This document shows, piece by piece, positions 59,488 to 64,000 of a stretch of DNA of 64,000 bases. The DNA is from a virus. Its lineage: Duplodnaviria; Caudoviricetes. A program made the position numbers and the translations under genes. The stretch spans positions 1 to 64,000 of the IMG/VR virus record IMGVR_UViG_3300042997_000909. One strand, given 5' to 3'. Position 1 is the stretch's first letter. Each line of letters opens with the position of its first letter. The notes beneath the pieces are model-generated. The model was not told the origin of the DNA. It did no database searches and saw only the letters and a list, made by a program, of their open reading frames with translations.

Positions 59488-60012
59488 TCAGAAACTTCCT
59501 TTAAAGTCGTTTATGTCAAAACCTGTAGAGTCGTCATTTCCTCTGTTTTTATTTTTGCGCTCAACAAACTCACGCATTTCAGCTATAATAGCTTTTAATG
59601 TTTTCTCATCGTTTGCTAATAACGCTGCAATCGCACGTTTTTGTGAGTCTACAAAAAACGCTTTGTCCTTTTCACTAAGAGAATCCATTGCATGCTTCAT
59701 CATTGCTTTGAAATCATTCTCATCAGGAATATCATCACCAGAATGATCATGCTTTTGCGTGTTCATGTTAGCTTTTTCGTAATTGCTAAGTTCTTCTAAA
59801 ACTTGCTCACGTGCCTCAGAAAGCTTTTCATGAAGTATGTCAATCACACCTAGTGCAAGAATGGGTGAACATTTCATTTTCACAACCGCACCTATTGGTG
59901 TACCATCTTCACTTACTTCTAAAGCTACCAACATGTGGGAAAAATAATCCTTTCCCACTGAATCTACTTCAAGCAACTTATGAAGGTCTACTAATATTGA
60001 GTCTTTGCTCAT
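59488..60012 (-). CDS. Hypothetical protein
   Basis: 174-aa ORF. Confidence 0.7.
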   Translation of the reverse strand: MSKDSILVDLHKLLEVDSVGKDYFSHMLVALEVSEDGTPIGAVVKMKCSPILALGVIDILHEKLSEAREQVLEELSNYEKANMNTQKHDHSGDDIPDENDFKAMMKHAMDSLSEKDKAFFVDSQKRAIAALLANDEKTLKAIIAEMREFVERKNKNRGNDDSTGFDINDFKGSF

Positions 60013-60030
60013 AGTTAATGTTTTTGATGG

Positions 60031-60342
60031 TTATTTTACTTCTTGCGCTAACTCTTTCATTGTTGCATCACATTCTTCAATGAGTTCTACAATTGGCTTT
60101 AGCTTAGCCACTATGGAGTTTATCAGTTCATAGTACTGAGATTCTTTGAACTGTTGAACATGCTCTTCTGGTACTGAAATCATAGCGATTCCATTACCAA
60201 AAGGCGTGTCTACATTCTTACTGATCATGTTCTTATCAAGATTTTTATTTAAACCTGTTAAATACTTCTCAAAGCGATAGTAAACCATAATCAATTCTTC
60301 ATTTGTTAAGCCTTTGAAGGAGGCATTAGTGTTTTCACTCAT
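60031..60342 (-). CDS. Hypothetical protein
   Basis: 103-aa ORF. Confidence 0.68.
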   Translation of the reverse strand: MSENTNASFKGLTNEELIMVYYRFEKYLTGLNKNLDKNMISKNVDTPFGNGIAMISVPEEHVQQFKESQYYELINSIVAKLKPIVELIEECDATMKELAQEVK

Positions 60343-60866
60343 GGTAGTTGAATTTGTGTGTCTAATTCATAAAAATTCTTTGGCAACAACTTGCGTCTGA
60401 CAAACTCGTCAATGACTTCGCGTGTTGTGATTCCTAAGTTACGCAAAGTTGCAGTTTTAGGCAAATCTAAAAACCAATCAAAATCTTTCTCACCTATTGT
60501 TACATGAGGAAAAAGAGCATTGATGATCATAGTTTCAGGTCCAAATAGCTTTTTTGCTTTAAGAATGTGCAAGAACTGCTTAGCTTTCTTGTAGTCAGCA
60601 ACAATTCTACTGAGTGTGCTTGGAGAGAAACTCGCAACTTGTTCAGGCGTGTATTCTTTAAGACCATACATTAGTCTACGATACATGTTACGCTGAACCA
60701 TGTTGAGATGAATCTTCTCAATTTCCTCTTGAGTTACTTTAACTCTGTTGGAACGTGTGTTTTTGTTTTGCACAAGTTTGTCATACTTGAACATTTTTGC
60801 TTGTCCATTAGGATCATAAGCAACATATCCTTGTGCTGTGGCTGTAATTGATGCAAATTTCTGCAT
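60339..60866 (-). CDS. Hypothetical protein
   Basis: Start taken at MQKFA; ends LLPKNF. Confidence 0.7.
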   Translation of the reverse strand: MQKFASITATAQGYVAYDPNGQAKMFKYDKLVQNKNTRSNRVKVTQEEIEKIHLNMVQRNMYRRLMYGLKEYTPEQVASFSPSTLSRIVADYKKAKQFLHILKAKKLFGPETMIINALFPHVTIGEKDFDWFLDLPKTATLRNLGITTREVIDEFVRRKLLPKNFYELDTQIQLP

Positions 60867-60892
60867 TGTAAAAAAGATTAAATTGTTAATAA

Positions 60893-61120
60893 TCAACGCT
60901 GTGCGCTATTTTTGTCATTATCTCTAGACCATAAGATATAGTCAAGAGGTATCATGTGTGATAATATCTTTATGAAAAAGATATTCACTACTGTAATTGG
61001 GCTAAGAACAATGTGTGCGAGGTCAATAACCTCAAACTTTCCATTTTCTTTAACGTAGCCAAGAATAACTGTTGTGTTAAAAGCATAACATAACAGAGTA
61101 AGAAGATATAATGCGATCAT
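60893..61120 (-). CDS. Small membrane protein
   Basis: Hydrophobic, 75 aa. Confidence 0.55.
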   Translation of the reverse strand: MIALYLLTLLCYAFNTTVILGYVKENGKFEVIDLAHIVLSPITVVNIFFIKILSHMIPLDYILWSRDNDKNSAQR

Positions 61121-61123
61121 AGT

Positions 61124-61342
61124 TTATGGTAATGGATCCTCAAAATCGTGCGCAGCACACGGTGGAATTTTCTTGTTGACTGGCAACTCTGCTTGTCTAT
61201 TCATTTCTTCACGTAACTCTTTCTCATAGAGTTCTTGATATTTGGCTTGATCCTGCCAATAAGCGTCATCTACTCCATCATATGGATCTTCTTCTTGTTC
61301 TTTTTCACGCATTTGCATGAATAACTCTTTCATTCTACCCAT
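61124..61342 (-). CDS. Hypothetical protein
   Basis: MGRMKELFMQ..., 72 aa. Confidence 0.62.
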   Translation of the reverse strand: MGRMKELFMQMREKEQEEDPYDGVDDAYWQDQAKYQELYEKELREEMNRQAELPVNKKIPPCAAHDFEDPLP

Positions 61343-61343
61343 C

Positions 61344-61586
61344 TTAGTAATTTTTAGATTGATAATCTCTGATTTTGTTTAGCAAATCCTGATTGAAATT
61401 GGTAAAAAACCTTTTGTAAGCTCCTGAAATGCCAATTTGTGCTTGTTCAGTGCCATTGTAAGGAACATACCTACAACCTTTGCATATTGAAACTTCTTTA
61501 CCTTCCTCATTGGTATAAGTTATGTTGACATCCAAATTAAATCCTATTACAGAAGTAATAATGTCTTTCTTATATGATAGTGCCAT
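61344..61586 (-). CDS. Hypothetical protein
   Basis: 80-aa ORF. Confidence 0.6.
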   Translation of the reverse strand: MALSYKKDIITSVIGFNLDVNITYTNEEGKEVSICKGCRYVPYNGTEQAQIGISGAYKRFFTNFNQDLLNKIRDYQSKNY

Positions 61587-61588
61587 TG

Positions 61589-61855
61589 TCAGTTCAGTTT
61601 TAGAAAGTTATACACTAATATTCCAGAAACTATTACAATAAACCCAATCAACATCCAAAACAAAGGTCTCATCATCTTTTGTTCTCTTTCAAGATCATCA
61701 ATGACATCTTCAATCATAGCAACTTGTGCTTCAATTTCATATCTGCGTTGCTTATACCATCTTTCAGCTGGCTCAGAAATATGCAAATCTTCCAATTCAT
61801 TAAGGTAGTTGAGTTTCTTTTCTTCAAGTACCTTGAGTCTTTTACTTATACTCAT
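61589..61855 (-). CDS. Coiled-coil protein with a C-terminal TM
   Basis: Start taken at MSISK; LFWMLIGFIVIVSGILVY. Confidence 0.62.
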   Translation of the reverse strand: MSISKRLKVLEEKKLNYLNELEDLHISEPAERWYKQRRYEIEAQVAMIEDVIDDLEREQKMMRPLFWMLIGFIVIVSGILVYNFLKLN

Positions 61856-62086
61856 TGTTTTTAGATTTAGGAGGTAAATACTACGTTGTTTTTCTTGAAT
61901 TTGCAACCATGGCAAGAGTACCACATACACCTGATAGCAAAAATGCTATTGTGCAATACATTAAGTCATCACTATTACTAGTCATAAACATACATGCAAA
62001 CGATGCTAACATGCATCCTAGCATGATATACATTACAATTGTGTCAAATCTTTTCATACACTTTTCTGTTTTTAATTAATAATTCC

Positions 62087-62123
62087 AAAAAAAGTGGGTG
62101 TATACGCCATTGTACACACCCAC
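62087..62123 (-). terminator. Intrinsic terminator
   Basis: GTGGGTGTGTAC-AATGGC-GTATACACCCAC followed by T7. Confidence 0.8.
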
Positions 62124-62155
62124 CTTCATGGTCTTTTACAACCACTGCAAAATAT

Positions 62156-62545
62156 CTACTGTTTCTTCTCCTCTTTCTCCTCTTTGAAAAACTTGTGCTC
62201 TAACATGCGAGGTAACAAATCAAGATTGTAATCAATATCAGCATATGTAACTGAACCTGTGACATCAAATCCCATTTTGAACGCATACTTCAAACGCTGA
62301 ATGTTGCTTTTTACAAATTGAAAAATTTCATCATTCTTTTTGTACTCTTGGTCTAAAAGATTCAAGTAGTGTTCTTCTCCATTTCTTGCTGATGCAGTAG
62401 CTTCTTTCCAATATTCAATCTCTTTAAGTTGATTGTTTATTGTTTCTAACGCTAAATCAAAATCAGCTCTTGTTAGTTTTGTCTCTTCAGACTTTGTACC
62501 ATTTTTTTTAAGGTTGATGGTTCCTTTTTCTTTTTTTTCTGCCAT
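62156..62545 (-). CDS. Hypothetical protein
   Basis: 129-aa ORF. Confidence 0.68.
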   Translation of the reverse strand: MAEKKEKGTINLKKNGTKSEETKLTRADFDLALETINNQLKEIEYWKEATASARNGEEHYLNLLDQEYKKNDEIFQFVKSNIQRLKYAFKMGFDVTGSVTYADIDYNLDLLPRMLEHKFFKEEKEEKKQ

Positions 62546-62670
62546 GATCTGTGTGGTTTTGATCCATTAAAAGTTCCTTCAAGGACAACTCTGTCCTCTC
62601 TTAATCCATCTACGCATATTGCGCAGACAATTGCTGTGTCTGATATACAGCGTTTACAAATGCTCTCCAT
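62473..62670 (-). CDS. Small CxxC...CxxC protein
   Basis: MESICKRC...CAIC; TAATG coupling. Confidence 0.5.
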   Translation of the reverse strand: MESICKRCISDTAIVCAICVDGLREDRVVLEGTFNGSKPHRSWQKKKKKEPSTLKKMVQSLKRQN

Positions 62671-62948
62671 TAATCTGATTCTTTTCCTAAATGTGTCCAA
62701 TCTCCATCTTCCAAAATCCATACGTCATCAACATAACCTGATGGGTTAAGAACATACATGGTTGATGGGAATTCAAGTACTATATGGCTATCCTTACGTT
62801 TTACAACACTAATAACCTTTTCTTTTTCATACTTGAGAACGCAATTTACGAATTTTTTCTCATCTTTTGTTAAGCGTTTTGAGTAGGTCTTTTGTGCATC
62901 AGCACTGGTCACACCTAATAGGACCATAATAAACATCACTATTTTCAT
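62670..62948 (-). CDS. Secreted protein (signal peptide)
   Basis: MKIVMFIMVLLGVTSADA-Q cleavage pattern typical of Bacteroidota. Confidence 0.62.
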   Translation of the reverse strand: MKIVMFIMVLLGVTSADAQKTYSKRLTKDEKKFVNCVLKYEKEKVISVVKRKDSHIVLEFPSTMYVLNPSGYVDDVWILEDGDWTHLGKESD

Positions 62949-63199
62949 ATCTTTACTTTTTTGATACTTGTAATATGAAACATGTCTTTTGTCAAAAAAC
63001 CATCAACAATGTGTCCATGTTTTATTAATTCTTTTGGTATTTCGCTGAGGTTACATATCTTATGAGTTGTAGAAGTTATTCTGCTTCCCACATCAATGTT
63101 GTCATCTGCAAGGTTATACATCTGTTTGATTACGACCCAATCATCCTTGCTCTTTTGTAGTACATTGCTCATTGTAACTACTTTGTCTTTGTTATTCAT
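62945..63199 (-). CDS. Hypothetical protein
   Basis: Start taken at MNNKDK. Confidence 0.55.
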   Translation of the reverse strand: MNNKDKVVTMSNVLQKSKDDWVVIKQMYNLADDNIDVGSRITSTTHKICNLSEIPKELIKHGHIVDGFLTKDMFHITSIKKVKI

Positions 63200-63306
63200 G
63201 TTTGTATTATTACAAAGGCATTTAACCACAAAAGAGTCATTCCTTGTAAGCCAAAGAATAACTCTAATGCAGTTGGAGAGTGAGCTACTTTAGCTCAGGA
63301 CATATC

Positions 63307-63567
63307 TTACAGATTATCACTTGTGATAAGACTGTCAAGATCAGAATACTTACCAGAATAAACTTTCTTGGACTGCACGCCTTCAACCCATATTGAGTCT
63401 TCAGACACTTCCAAGTAGTATTCAATGTCAATGTTGCCACCAACATCAGTATAATCTCCTTTTGGAGAAGTTTCAACTGGATTTGCACATGCTAATCCTA
63501 TACAAAATCCTGCTACTAATGTACATAGCGCAATGATTGATACTAAAAGTGTTTGTCTTCCTGACAT
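63307..63567 (-). CDS. Membrane-anchored or lipoprotein-like protein
   Basis: N-terminal hydrophobic LLVSIIALCTLVAGFCIGLAC. Confidence 0.6.
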   Translation of the reverse strand: MSGRQTLLVSIIALCTLVAGFCIGLACANPVETSPKGDYTDVGGNIDIEYYLEVSEDSIWVEGVQSKKVYSGKYSDLDSLITSDNL

Positions 63568-63587
63568 ATATTTTGAATTTATGAAAC

Positions 63588-63623
63588 AAAAAAAAATGGA
63601 GCCTCATGGTTATCCAAGCTCCA
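63588..63623 (-). terminator. Intrinsic terminator
   Basis: TGGAGCTT...AGGCTCCA followed by T9. Confidence 0.7.
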
Positions 63624-63657
63624 GCCAACCTTTTTAGTAGGATTTTCTCACATAGAA

Positions 63658-63867
63658 TTACTTCAAGCTCGCCTTGTACTTAGCCTTAGCAATCTTCAGC
63701 TCTAACTTCTCGCTTGGAGTTTTAGCAAATACACTTTTATCAATAGTCACTCTGTGCTTATTGATTTGTATACTTAACTCCTCACGCAAGTTGTTAGCAG
63801 CGTTAGATGCATCAGACTTTGGTACAAGTTTCACATTAACTCTTGTGGCAAAGTGTAACTTCTGCAT
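63658..63867 (-). CDS. Basic hypothetical protein
   Basis: Start taken at MQKLH; TACCTTTG box upstream at 63902-63909. Confidence 0.62.
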   Translation of the reverse strand: MQKLHFATRVNVKLVPKSDASNAANNLREELSIQINKHRVTIDKSVFAKTPSEKLELKIAKAKYKASLK

Positions 63868-63908
63868 TTGTTTGTATATAAAAACGTTAATAAATTTCTG
63901 ACAAAGGT

Positions 63909-63941
63909 AAAAAAAGGAGGAATGCATTACACACTCCTCCT
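63909..63941 (-). terminator. Intrinsic terminator (loop UGUAAUG) abutting a -7 box
   Basis: AGGAGGAGTG-TGTAATG-CATTCCTCCT, a T tract, then TACCTTTG. Confidence 0.75.
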
Positions 63942-64000
63942 CGTTGCTTTAACTTCCCACGGTTATTGCATTGTATCTTCAGTAGACTCATGAGCGATTC

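Noticed and set aside
1-64000. Stop-codon reassignment, known in some crAss-like lineages
   Set aside because: Long uninterrupted ORFs in code 11; TAG and TGA act as real stops at gene ends (e.g. 11662-11664, 28625-28627); no suppressor tRNA seen.

Overview
AT-rich fragment of a crAss-like (Crassvirales-type) lytic phage genome, most likely infecting an environmental Bacteroidota host (TAnnTTTG promoter boxes). It uses the standard genetic code. On the + strand: a 5'-truncated giant virion protein (zincin motif plus two-barrel RNA polymerase, DFDID motif), a small 195-aa protein, a 2028-aa ejection/cargo protein with a PD-(D/E)XK domain, and tail fibre/spike genes (1-24.7 kb). A separate lysis operon lies at 28.1-31.4 kb. 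On the - strand: a class II ribonucleotide reductase, a replication block (family B polymerase, primase, DnaB helicase, AAA ATPase, UDG, SF2 helicase, HNH, dUTPase), an SPL-like radical SAM enzyme, a MoxR-AAA/vWA pair and many small early ORFs. Top observations: (1) a membrane-anchored tandem-PAS sensor with no output domain sits between two holin-like genes in the lysis cassette, a candidate for sensor-gated lysis; (2) the three cargo proteins have only four Cys in about 6,100 visible residues, all at facing termini in gene order, a candidate head-to-tail linked ejection chain; (3) a ~350-nt hairpin/pseudoknot-rich non-coding segment at ~52.28-52.63 kb; (4) recurring hairpin/promoter motifs. 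All family assignments are by motif recognition only; no searches were run.
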